Below, one piece after another: positions 36,401 through 48,159 of a stretch of 64,000 nucleotides of DNA (within the stretch, counting starts at the first letter, position 1; the number at the start of each line of letters is the position of its first letter). Position numbers and translations under genes: made by a program. The notes beneath the pieces are model-generated. The model saw only the letters and a list, made by a program, of their open reading frames with translations, had not been told where the DNA came from and searched no databases. Origin of the DNA: Balanoglossus misakiensis (lineage: Eukaryota > Animalia > Hemichordata); assembly GCA_040954595.2 (NCBI GenBank), contig CM082579.2, positions 8,607,625 to 8,671,624 of the forward strand, written 5' to 3'.

Positions 36401-39400
36401 AGACCTGAGGTTCCATCCAGATTCCCAATCTTGACCAATGATTAAAATCAAATGTAGGGTAGGGCGACGTGTTTTACTTTCGCGGTACGATAGTGTGAGG
36501 CGACAGCATAAAGAATACCGTACTGCATTAAAGTAAAAGACGTCGCCCTACCCTACATCTGATTTTAATCAGATTGAATCTCGACACAACCAGCAGTTCA
36601 CACCCATCACAATTAACCCATGACTGGCCATTACCCTTTCCTTGAATTGTTGTCTGAGTGTCTTATACAGTTGTGCTGATGACCTATTTCGACAGAGGTT
36701 GCATGAATGACCAAACGATTGGAGAAGTATGACTTCTGTGATAGCACAGGGGGTCACTTTCCGGACATGAATTCACCACGCATTGTTAGTTGTAAGAGCT
36801 TTCTTTATAATCTTGTAAGCTTTAAACTCGCTTGCGTGGTTTGGTCAAACGTATACTGCGTGTATTGGGTTTGCAGCGTGTGTGTCCAGTGTTCAGACGG
36901 GTCAATATGCAGTGAAATTCGAGGAATCCACACCAAGAGCATGTATACAGTCGAATAAATTACCGGTCACAAATTCTATATACAGTTTGTTTTGTGTATA
37001 AGCGGAAAACTGATAATATATTTAGATTTTTAAAAAGATAAATTACATGAAACATTCATTTGGTGGGTGACCACACGAAGGTTTCAAATACCCTGGTTCA
37101 TATTTTCTGTTCTGTCGCATCCTCTGATGTCGGTACTGATGACCTTAGTGAAAAGGTTATCTTTTCGGTGATATCACCTCGATAAAAACCTATTCTGGAA
37201 AGCGATAAAACAAGAAGCCCAGCCCACAGCATTCCAGTAATGCAATCGAAACTATACAAGTACACACGCATCGCTATTGAAATGCACTGTCGAGTGTGTA
37301 TCAAGACGCAATCGAAACGTTAAAGTTCAAAGACAAACAAAGACAAACAAACAAACAAACAAAATACTATTCGCGTGATCATGCCAAAGAGACCCGCGTA
37401 CCGTATTTTACTATTCTGTTGAAAAAAAGTAGGTTAATCTGAATGCATGAATGTTTAAGCCAAGCACATTTTCGGGGAGGGGCTGTTGCATGAAAAAGGA
37501 CAAAGTTGCTCTCTTTTGGCCTGTTTCGGCCAATTTTGGTCTCTATTCTAAGATGTATTCCATTATTGCTGTTATAACAGTATTTCTGTCATTTTTCTTT
37601 CGAATGAACAAAAGAACCCGAAAAGAGCAATTCGTTACTCCAGGGATATTAGCACAAAAAATAATAGCGTTTGAGCAGAAGCCTGCCAGTCTGTGGGTAA
37701 ACACGAATAATCCACGTGCCCGTTATATGGTTGGGTATTTTCTAATATTAGAAACGTTGAAGTCTTTTATTTGACACTTAAGCTGTCGAAGGACAGGTAT
37801 CAGAGGGCCGCTGGTGATCTCATACCACGTGTACCAATCATAAAAAAATGCGGACACCTCATATTAAGTCAACGGTACATATACGCAAGATGCTGATTCC
37901 ATAATATATATCGAAGCAAACAATGTCACCCATTCTACTCGTGGTTGCAGCCGGTGCTTCTCATAGGCGACAAGACTTCGCCGGGCTGCAGAACTATTTC
38001 AGTGATTCAAGGTCGAACACAATACAGATCCTGGAGTTTGAGGCCAATATTGGACTGGATTAGGTCGACCCTGCCCTGGGAGCATAATTCACCCATATTG
38101 TGACGTGCGATTACAAGCGAGTGCTAATATATAGTTTTTTTTGAATGAGCAAACAGCGAAAAAAGTAATGCGTCTTCATGAAGTACACGGTCTGTTGTGA
38201 TCCTCGCTCTCCGGTCTCGGTCCAGCGTCAGTTACCATTATATCTATTCTGCTTTCTCTTGGATAGGATGGTCCCTAATGAACGCACACGACTGAATGTT
38301 GTCGAAATATGCGGAACAGGACGAGTGGGTGTGTGTTACAGTATATAGCGTTTTCGTGTACTTGGTCACCTATGAAGATGGCTTAATCTGTATCGCCCGC
38401 AGATATGAGTTCGACAAAAGAAACTCAGAAATTAGGTCGCCGAACAGGCGACTCGTTTAAAGGGTTTATCTGGACGCAGTGACTCGTAGAATCTGCCACC
38501 AGAAAGTTCTGTTATTAAAAAAAGGATCTCGGTTGCTGTCGTTGCCAGCATGAACAGGTGTGCCAAAGAAATGAACTTCCGGTGTCGGTGTTGTCACCTA
38601 TTGGACGTCTTCTACTCAAACTATGATCAAACTCGGACTTGCATATTTAAAACGATTATTGCTTCTGACGTGTAAGTGGAATCTCCTCGCTGAAGAGAAA
38701 TATTGGATTTTCTGCTTGGTGACGGTGTGTGTGTGCATGGGAGGGGGGGGGGAGTTTGGACAAAAAAATGTGAGCAATCAATGCATGGAACTTATAGAAC
38801 AAAGGAGGGCGGATGTTACTGTGTGCCCTTATCCGACCATGAAGCCTGGCAATATACCGCATGGTCTGGCTCAGGGCTCCGAGTTCTCGCCCACGCAACC
38901 TGTTTATATGGCAAACTTTATCATACCAAGTGATATGTATGTACTTTACAGACAACTGCAGAGTCCAAAGATTATTTAGTAACAAAGATCAAATTTAGGT
39001 TTCGTTTCGACCGATTGTAGTCGCCAGTTTTTCTTATTTCGATGACTTGAATCGAGCATAGGGGTTGGGGTGGGGGTGAGTACGCCATGATTACGGGTCT
39101 TGAAGCTCTATCAACATATGGTTCACAGAACCCAGTTCAATAAAGTTCCGCGTTTTGAAGTCTGCCTCCCACACATAAAGAACAATAGAAATACCATTGT
39201 TCCCCAGTTTGTGACAGATAGACTTATAAACCATGTCAATACTACGTGGTGATTATAAATATTTTTGTTTAAAAAGGCCAACACTCTAACTTTAGATCCA
39301 TCGTGACAGCGAGGTATACACCGGTATTATGTTACATCGTCCTCGAGTTCACCCGATCCAGAGATCGGCGAACTCAGCTCGATTAAATAATTATATCAAC

Positions 39401-39773
39401 TGCATGCGAACACTAAAAAAGACAATCTATACGGGCACGGAAGACTCTTACCGTGGATGTCGTGATCGAATTTCGTGCCGCTCACTTTTCCGTCGTCCAA
39501 AATCTGCAAGTGGTACCCGGTGAGACAGTACAGTTGCCGGTAGTAGAGCGGTTTGCTGTACATGCTGGCTGGCGAGTTGGCTCCGCGACACGTGCATTCT
39601 CCTCCCTGTCCAGCCTGGGCATCTCCTCCGCCGGTCGCTGCAGACTCGCGCCGGGGGTTGGGCGCCGGGACAGCTCGGCCGTCGACGACCACACCGGCTC
39701 CGGTGAAGAAGCCGCCGAGACCGAGCACGAAAAGTGCGAGGACTCCCGTCTTGTAACTAGCGGTGCGCGTCAT
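30487..39773 (-). CDS. FGF9/16/20: Fibroblast growth factor, FGF9/16/20 subfamily (about 233 aa)
   Basis: complement(join 39452..39773, 31112..31215, 30487..30762). Three-exon FGF layout with a 104-nt middle exon. [18 protein letters not shown]; [20 protein letters not shown]; EECHFRE..NWY.TYSS; C-terminal [14 protein letters not shown] typical of FGF9/16/20. Confidence 0.93.
31945..32330. mobile_element. Probable small TIR element in FGF intron 1
   Basis: 14-bp inverted ends GTGACCAGGTGTGG / CCACACCTGGTCAC (extra left copy at about 31901); internal direct repeat CTGGTCTGGAAACCGCGCCCAGAAG twice. No clear TSD. Confidence 0.45.
36436..36576. mobile_element. Foldback MITE, same family as 25876-25996
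   Basis: Ends CAATGATTAAAATCAAATGTAGGG / CCCTACATCTGATTTTAATCAGATTG; flanks AATCTTGAC (36427-36435) and AATCTCGAC (36577-36585); shares the internal segment TAGTGTGAGGCGACAGCATAAA with the 25876 copy, in reverse. Confidence 0.78.
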
Positions 39774-41347
39774 GACTTTAGTGAGGCATGGTCGGCCGTT
39801 GGAGCTTTCCCGGGGGCTCTGGCTACTGGTGCTACTTAAAGGTCCAACGTACTATGGTAACTATACCCCAAACATGTGGGCAGCTATCGAACCCCCGTCT
39901 CTTCAACACAGAAACTGCAGAGTTACTAAGGACAACTAGAATGCCTGCACGCACGCTTCTTAAATGAACCAGCAGCAAAGTTTCGGCTTATTTTATTTTC
40001 ATTTGCAAGGGGGCAAAGATCGAGCCTTGCATGGTCTCGCCCATAGGATGACCGAGGTTAATATAACTGTGCCGATTTCCCCCTCCCTTCCCTTCCGACT
40101 CTATGGTTTCGTCCCAGCGGCCGACACTTTAAGTTTCCCTCGACAGGTTTACCACCGACTTTTGAAATTCTCTGCAGATTACCCTCGATTTCCTGGTTCA
40201 TTTATAAATCAAGAAATTTTGAAGTTTCATTTCTCCCGGCGCTGCCAACGCTTCTAACATTTGTGTGATGAAACGAAAAAAAGTGTTCACGGTGCTACTA
40301 TAACTTAAACAAGATTTGTTTCTGTGCTTAATTTTAACAGGGTCACCACTTTTGGTCAGTCTTATACAGTTACTTTAGTCAGAGGACATCACCCCTGCTG
40401 CCGACTAAAAAATATTGTATTGTAATTAATATTTCAAACATCGCGGAGGTCTGTTACAATAGTGCAGGCTGGACTGAGATGGCTTCATTACGACCGTGCT
40501 TTACGCAGAGGGCGTTGTCCTGGATACACGAGGGCAGCATATCGGGCAGCGTAACTTTGCAGCACGTGCGCGCGATGCCAGTCGACCAGTTGACGACCAT
40601 GTTGCATGTACCGTGCATGGCCAGCGGAAATGTTGGGTGGTTAGCTATAGCATACGCGGTAGTCCAAAATATTTGATCGACCCCTCCCTCCCTCCCCCAC
40701 TCGCTCCACTTGCGTAGATTCGATTAAACTTTAAAAAATCATCGCCTCAATTTTTTCGTTCCCCACATTTTCCTACCGAAGGGGTGAAGTTTAGACTTCG
40801 CCGACCATTTTCTACCTGGAAAACCCAAACGAATTAGCTTAACGCTATTTGATATTTAACTCAATACAACATCTTGAGGGCCATGAGCTGCGCCGAATTT
40901 GTCCCCATTTCTTGTTGGTGCGGGATTCAGGGCGGCATTCCTTCGTGTTTTCTTGCGCCCAATTATTGGCCGTAAAACTCGATCTGGCGGACGTGGAGCA
41001 TATCCAATTGAAATGCCGCTTTAATAGGGGGTAAGGATCATTAAGGGACTGAGCGCGAAAACAATGTCGAAAATGGTAGGGTGTTTTTTTTTTACACTTG
41101 GATATCATTATGAGGTACGCGGAGCCTACATGAAATCTTTCTGGTAGGCTTCTGTCACAGTGTAGTGTTGATAATTGCTAGAAAACAAACTTCTACTATT
41201 GTCATTTTCACAAAATTTTACGCATAGCTCAGTCAAGTAGATATACAGCAAATTCATTGGTCAAATAAAATCGTCCAGGGAAAAAAGGTGCGAAATTTGG
41301 ATCAGTGCTATTAGGGCGCTATCAAGACAATGCAGACCCGCATCTTA

Positions 41348-41420
41348 CGATTTTCAACTCACGACACGCGACCTACCATTTTCAACTCACGACCTAGTAC
41401 CATTTCTAACTCACGACTTC
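41348..41420. repeat. Short tandem repeat (CCATTTTCAACTCACGAC-like, three copies)
   Basis: gattttcaactcacgac / ccattttcaactcacgac / ccatttctaactcacgac. Confidence 0.6.
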
Positions 41421-42872
41421 CCAATTATGATTCGAAGTCGAGAATACTGGTACCCACTCTTTACAACTCTTGAAGCCACATGTTCTTTATGTTATTCGTA
41501 TTCGTGCCATTTCAGCCCATATTTCTGTCAATAGACAGAAATATTTGACATGTGTGGCCAATTGCCGTATTCACAATATACCTGAACATACAAGTTGTAT
41601 TGAAATGTTGAAAACTTTGACAAAACAGGTCTTATTTGGCGCTGAATTTTGGCCTTGCTAACGCTCCGTATCAGTACCATGTACACTTAATTTCACTGGT
41701 TGCAGTAATCACCATCCATTATCTATAGCCAATAACCAGGTCAACAAAACGTGTTTGATTTAAATAGGGACATGTGTTCACGATACTTTTCATAATAGGA
41801 AAAGGTGACTCTAACTCATTTATATATATATGCGACATACTGCAACAAAATCGGATTTGGTGTGATTGGCGCCCCCAAAGTTTTGTGGAAAAGCCTATCG
41901 CGTTGCATGTAAACCTGTTGATGACCAAGTTATGACATCGCCCTCTGGCGATAAATTAAATATTTCCTTCGGGTGCGTTGCCTTGCATATCGCAAACCAT
42001 TACTGACACGACCTGGGCCTCGTGTCTTTTGAATTTGGGAACGGGGGGTTCTGCAGTGAAAAAGCCACTTTGTTGAATCCCAACATCCAAAGGGTGGCAC
42101 ACGTACATGTCACTCCCTCTCTATTTCTATCACTCACACACTCACACACAGTAACAAACAAGTTGTACACACATACAAATACATACAGAACAGATCAAGA
42201 TGATGAAACAGTTTTATCTAGGGATTTCATCTCTGCTCTCAGCGGGACAATTGACACAGAAATAACAAAAAATGGCAACAAAACAGTAGATCTGTCAGGT
42301 CACAAAGTTAAAAACATTACACAGTGTGCAAGGTCCCAGTCCTTGTTCACAGTGTGTGAAATATCTGGGTTTCAGCATAGACAGTCTACTGTCTATGGTT
42401 TCAGTTTGTGTTCAGTAGTCAGTCCAATGTGCAGAGAACCAACCTTGAATTCTTTAGATAAGAAGATTGGTTAGCTGTGATGTTCTTCATTGTTGGCTTA
42501 AAACAGATCAGCTGACAGGGGTATGGGGCCAGCAAGAAATAACTTTTTTTTCCAGTTAGAGTACGTTTGTGTGCTCGGGACCACTGTTCTCTGCTGTTTG
42601 TAGCAACCAATCATGGCGTCCATTGCCTGCCTGTCTGTTGATTTCGTCTGCATAGAACTCTGCAGGGATTGACAAGATGAATTGATGCCAGTTGTCCACA
42701 GACCCAGCAATAGCCTTGCTGTGCTGTCAAAGTACCAATCATCACTCTTCTTATTTGCTGGCAATCACAAGACTTCAATATCAAAAGTTCAAACCAATGA
42801 TATCTGAGAATTCTGGGGTTACATGAAGTGCAGACGGACGACAGCGTCTTTATATACGATACAAATGTGTCT

Positions 42873-45176
42873 CTAAACAGTCTCTAGAATGGATGCCATT
42901 TCCTTCATCTGTTTGTGGAAATTCTGTGCGAAGAAGAAATAAAATGTAGAGGAAACAGAGAGAAGATTATCCTGATGAACTTTGCATTTCAAAACACATA
43001 AGAGACAAAATGATAACATCATTGCCACTGAGCAGGGCCCACACCACAATATAAGATGGCGTCTTCTGCCATTTTCTCTCTTTCTTGCTACCTGCTATAG
43101 TATGTCATTCCCTGACACTTTTAGCACAGTAGCACTACACACTTTCCTATGACAACTCACTTGAAACTCTGGTATTGTCATCTCGAATGTCCGCGTGATG
43201 TGGTGTCCTGAAGGGTCGGCTACTGTCATCGTCATGGCAACATAGGGGGAGTTGAGACTTCTGCAACTGTCAGAGCTGAGGGCCAATCCCAGCTTCCATT
43301 CCATGTTGACCAACTGTCCGATATTTAGCATCTTCTGGGCTGCATCCGATGATATGAGGGCTTGACCCTGTTTGAGAAAAAAACACAGACGTTTTCCAGT
43401 TTGAGTTTTCTCGCGGGCAGCATGAAGCGGTTTCTTACTCACAGTTCACAATTCATCACAACTCTGTAGTTTTAAATGTTCCAGTAAATGCATGTTTCAT
43501 TCAAGATTCACAATAGAATATGGGAATTCCTTTATACCTGTTCTGCCCACAGATGTTTGACCACAGTCAGACTGGCGTCACTCCAAGCCAGAGTTCCTTT
43601 CAGTTCTCTGCCAAGGACATCAGCTGAAACTTTAGCACGTGCTGCTGATCTGAAGGCAGAAATACATCACAGCATATGTGGTTGTGCAATACACAATTTA
43701 TATTAACCCTTTCACCACCATGGTTCAGCCCAAACCCATTGTTTTCTATGGTAACTTAAGGTTGGCAATCTAAAGAGGGAACTGGGGTGACAGGGTTAAT
43801 GATGTTTATTTTACTTTAAAAGAGATTCTAGCGAAGAATAACTTTTTTTTAGCATGCTTTAGTGATTAGCATACTAAAAAGAGTGATTTCCTTTCATTTA
43901 CAAGGGATGTTCCCCATGGACTGTGTGCACATGAATCCAACACACTGAACTTACCTGAATAAAAAGACAAGGGCATTGATTGCCCCTTGGACAGACTCTT
44001 TGCTAAGATTGGATTCTACATCTTCCAATTTCTGTAAGTCCACAAAAAAGAAGCAGTTGTAACATTGCACGTCAACTGTTCAACAGACTTAGTAGTTCTC
44101 TTACAATTGACACCCTACAACTCTCTTGGTGAAGTTATGCTTGTGAAGAATTCTAGGTTGAAACATGAAAACATGAACTGAAAGTACTTGACAATATACA
44201 GTTATAATTTGAAGACATCAAGATTTCAGCATGCAGGAAATAATATTTTAAAAATGTACTGATTCAGAAACTTTTTTTGTTATAATTTGTCTAATTTAAA
44301 TAATAAGCACTACATTATTTAAATGCAATTTTTTTAATGATAGCATCTAAGTCTCAACTTACAGAATGGAAATCTGAAACATTGACCGTGCCCAGTCGGT
44401 ACTGAAGAAACAAAAGAACATCTCGACATAGCTCTGCTAGAATGTCTTGTGGTATGCCATTGATTCTCTCCACTGCCACTGTGAAACCTAATGGAAAGAT
44501 GACAGTTTAAAATTTGTCATACAGGTTAAACCGAAAAGGAAGCTATAGTCAATATCTGACTGGGTTCATTCTTACAGGCATCTATATGCTAGTACCATCC
44601 ATATATCATGGGTTAGAACGGCCATTGGTCTATGATGGAACATACAGTACACGTATTATTTATTAATTTCCACTGAAAAATAACATACATGTTATACTGG
44701 TACATATCTTTCTACTACTTGTTTGCCTACAATATAATGTACAGTAGTATAGTAGTACATATCTGGCCGCAGTAACCCTGTACAGGAAATATCCTATTAC
44801 CGCATAACCATTTCATTGACGAATAATTGGTGACTATAATAAGGGACACGCGATACGGGCAAACGTTTCTGTACAGTGCATACCATCAAGATTTATAAAC
44901 ACTTCCAGAAAAACGACAGTTACCGAAGTCTAACTAAACTTCTACGTTGTGGGCGTGGTGCGATCAGTGAAGAAACCGGGCTGAGAATTGCATTGCTTCC
45001 TTTGCATCGTAGTACATGTGATTAAAATATTCATTTTGCATTTTTATCACGTACACTTCTACAGCTATTAAAAAGAATCCCATAACTATTGAAAATCGAA
45101 CTACTTCTCAGATAACTCGCGACTACATCGAGTCAGTATGCACCTTACCTTCCGGAATCGACTGCAGCACCGCCAT
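42873..45176 (-). CDS. COMMD6: COMM domain-containing protein 6, long form (about 199 aa)
   Basis: complement(join 45149..45176,44363..44487,43955..44031,43538..43649,43161..43367,42873..42923)=600 nt. COMM domain GQLVNMEWKLGLALSSDSCRSLNSPYVAMTMTVADPSG..FEMTIPEFQNFHKQMKEMASILETV. Confidence 0.93.
43707..43795. mobile_element. piggyBac-like MITE (TTAA|CCC...GGG|TTAA)
   Basis: TTAA CCCTTTCACC...GGTGACAGGG TTAA, 89 bp, in COMMD6 intron 3. Confidence 0.6.
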
Positions 45177-48159
45177 GATTTCGAGGTAACCTTTGCCCTC
45201 AGTCACGTGATGACTCAGGTGACACTCATATGCGACTCTCATTACTTCCTGGATATGGGTGGGATGCTGCTGCTGGTAACGTGAGCTGATGACGGGAAGA
45301 TGTTCTTTTCGCGACCGGGAGAGTCGGAAATCCGATTCCCACGCGGTCGAGTGATTCAATCAAATAAAAAAAGCGTTACCCAATTGGAACAGCTTTCTCT
45401 TACTTAACGAAAAGGTCATTTGCGGTCACTCCTTTACTGGTTAAAATCTCTGAGCTGATGCTGGTGTCGTCATGGTGTAACCATGGATACGTAGCTAGCT
45501 AGGTGCTACGTCTTTTGATACCGTGCACCATGGTATCATACATCATACATTAATAATTTGTCCAATTTTTCCAGTTCAAAAATAATCGTTAATCAATATT
45601 TTATCAACTGCTGATAATTAAGTCAATTTATGATCATGATTTTGATCTAGTGAGCAGTGAGATAGAAGTCAAGAAAGAAGTTATCAGGTCCTCGGTTATG
45701 TTCGCTCGATCGATACATATTCATTTTACTTCACATAGTCACATGGGAGCTACATGTATTGTATATACGTATAAAAAATGTTTAAAAATGGTAAAGATTA
45801 TAAACACATCGGTAATTGCCTTTGACACATATGATCCATTTGGCACTTGAACTGGCTTGCAGACTGCAATATTGAATACTCCTTGATGAGTAATGTGTAT
45901 ACATGTATAATGCATCTTTAATCAGCAATTTGGAACGTAATCAACTTTTACAATTAAAACTTTTCTGCATATGCATTCAACAAAGAAAGTGATAATCAGA
46001 ACAATGGTGATAAATGATGTATTGGAGATCCTAATACCAGTAGAAATTGCAACTATCATTACTTGTAAAATGTCTTTTCACAATCAGATGTTCATTCAAT
46101 CATGTGGTAAATCATATCTGGGTTATGTAATTTAACCAAAGGAACAAAATTTGGAAATGCTTTAATAGCTTGCTTTTTAATACCATGGCGAAAATTTAAA
46201 TAAGAAACCCGGCTGTTTGGTTTGTCTGGTGGTTATTTTGATTATGCAAACATTTTCATTCATTGAGTTCTGACAAAAACATGGTGAGAGAGTAAAATTT
46301 TACAGGATGTAGTTTACCCCATCTTGGCAGTTTGACATGGAAGATTATATGCCTACAGGGTGCAAACAATCTGCAGTCAGGAAATCGCACTCTGTTGGAA
46401 GACACGGCTGGAGAGCTCACACAGCTAATGCTTCTGTCTGCAAACGCATTGATGGGGCTAATTTTGAAGGATACAGAGATGTTTTTCCAGAAATAAACAG
46501 ACAGCTCCAGCGGTGAGCTGTATGTAACACAAAGCTGGGACTTTTCCTGCCACTGAAATTTGTTTCAATGGATCGCATTGTGTTTGGACAGATATTTGTC
46601 AATTAGATACTTCTTTTATACAGACTTTCCAGATGAAAGCTTCCAAGGCCAGTGAGTTGCAACTCTGAAATTTGTTGACTTCAAAAATCTGTGTATTTGA
46701 GTTCTATGAATATTTTGTGACACAACAGTGAAGAAATAAGACACTATCAAAGTAGGACTTTCGGTGATGCCTAGTTGCGCCTCAGTTCAATGCTTGCTCC
46801 TAAATGCGTACAAACGCCATTTTTTTCATATTTGTTTGGAGGTGGCCATATTTGAGTGGATCACCCATTTATTATTTGTAACTTGTACATACATTCCAAT
46901 TCAGAGGTTAATAATACTTGTATAAATACCACTCACTAAGTATATCTACTAGAATTAATTTTTGTTTAAAAATCAAATGAAAAAGTTGGAGCTAGTGGTC
47001 CTTTAATGGTACAGATAATGCCACTCACATGTTCATACACACTTATAACCACTTCACACACATCAAGGAAGAGACACGAGTAAGCCATTCTACATAAAAG
47101 ATCACCTTTTAATACAGACAAGACGGGTGTTTACATTTTTTTTTATAAATCAGTTTCGGGACAAGGGCAGACGATGTTACTCGAATACAGCTACGCAGGC
47201 ACACACGCACAAAATATCAATACAGAGCATGAAAGACAGGAGTGTATATGAGAAACTTAAAGTCAATTAGTGTGGAATGTCTGCATTGAGCGAAAATATT
47301 ACTGTCCATTAGTAAGATACAGCAGACTTTAGAAGTAGGGAATTTGCACTGCAAAGAAAGGATGCACGCTACTATAATACAATGGATCTTGGTCGCTCTA
47401 AAATCTAGCCTTTCAGTAGAATTACTGCGGGAGAATACGAGCAGATGATACTTCGGGCAATTCACAGCTGCTATGCCAACAACACCTCTATCAGAATTAA
47501 AAACCTTGGCTAAATACAACAGGCAGTCACTTCCGTCAAATGAAAAAGGACACTTTGGAAAATTGAAATTGATCCGTTGTCTGTAAGTCTTTTTTTTTTT
47601 TTGAATACTGCAGAAAATTTAAGTAGAGTCTTAGTGAAATGACTGGTAAAGGTTGTAAATAGTGTTTTCTTTTTGTCTCTGGATTTTGATATCATCTCCG
47701 ACTCTAGCTCATTCAACAAGTACAGTGCAATGCACTGTGCAGTAGTGTACAGAACACTACAGAGCTTTAACAATACAGCACAGTACATACAATTCAGGAT
47801 AGATGTTGATTCTGATCGCTATCTCAAAGTCTACGGTTGCAGTCATCAATTTTGACAATCAAGCTCTCCCCTTTCCTTATATTTTAAGTTCGAAATGCAT
47901 AAATAATCAACAAAACGTTGAACATACAAAAGGACGATCAATGTGCTTGACCGGAAAAAAAAAATACACACAAAAAATACAAACTGGGAAAAAAATTCAC
48001 AAGGTCAAGACGGACACGAAACATACACTCTGGACGAATTGGGCAAATTGGTTATCTACAGAATACAGCTGTACATGGGTATTATCACTAGGTTAAATGA
48101 ACGGATCAGATTTTGTGGATCAGTACGGGATATGTACACAGTGTTGCATTTTAACACGG

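Noticed and set aside
74-39773. ZDHHC near FGF9/16/20 as the vertebrate FGF9-ZDHHC20 / FGF20-ZDHHC2 synteny
   Set aside because: The gene here is ZDHHC23-type, a different subfamily, and five genes intervene.
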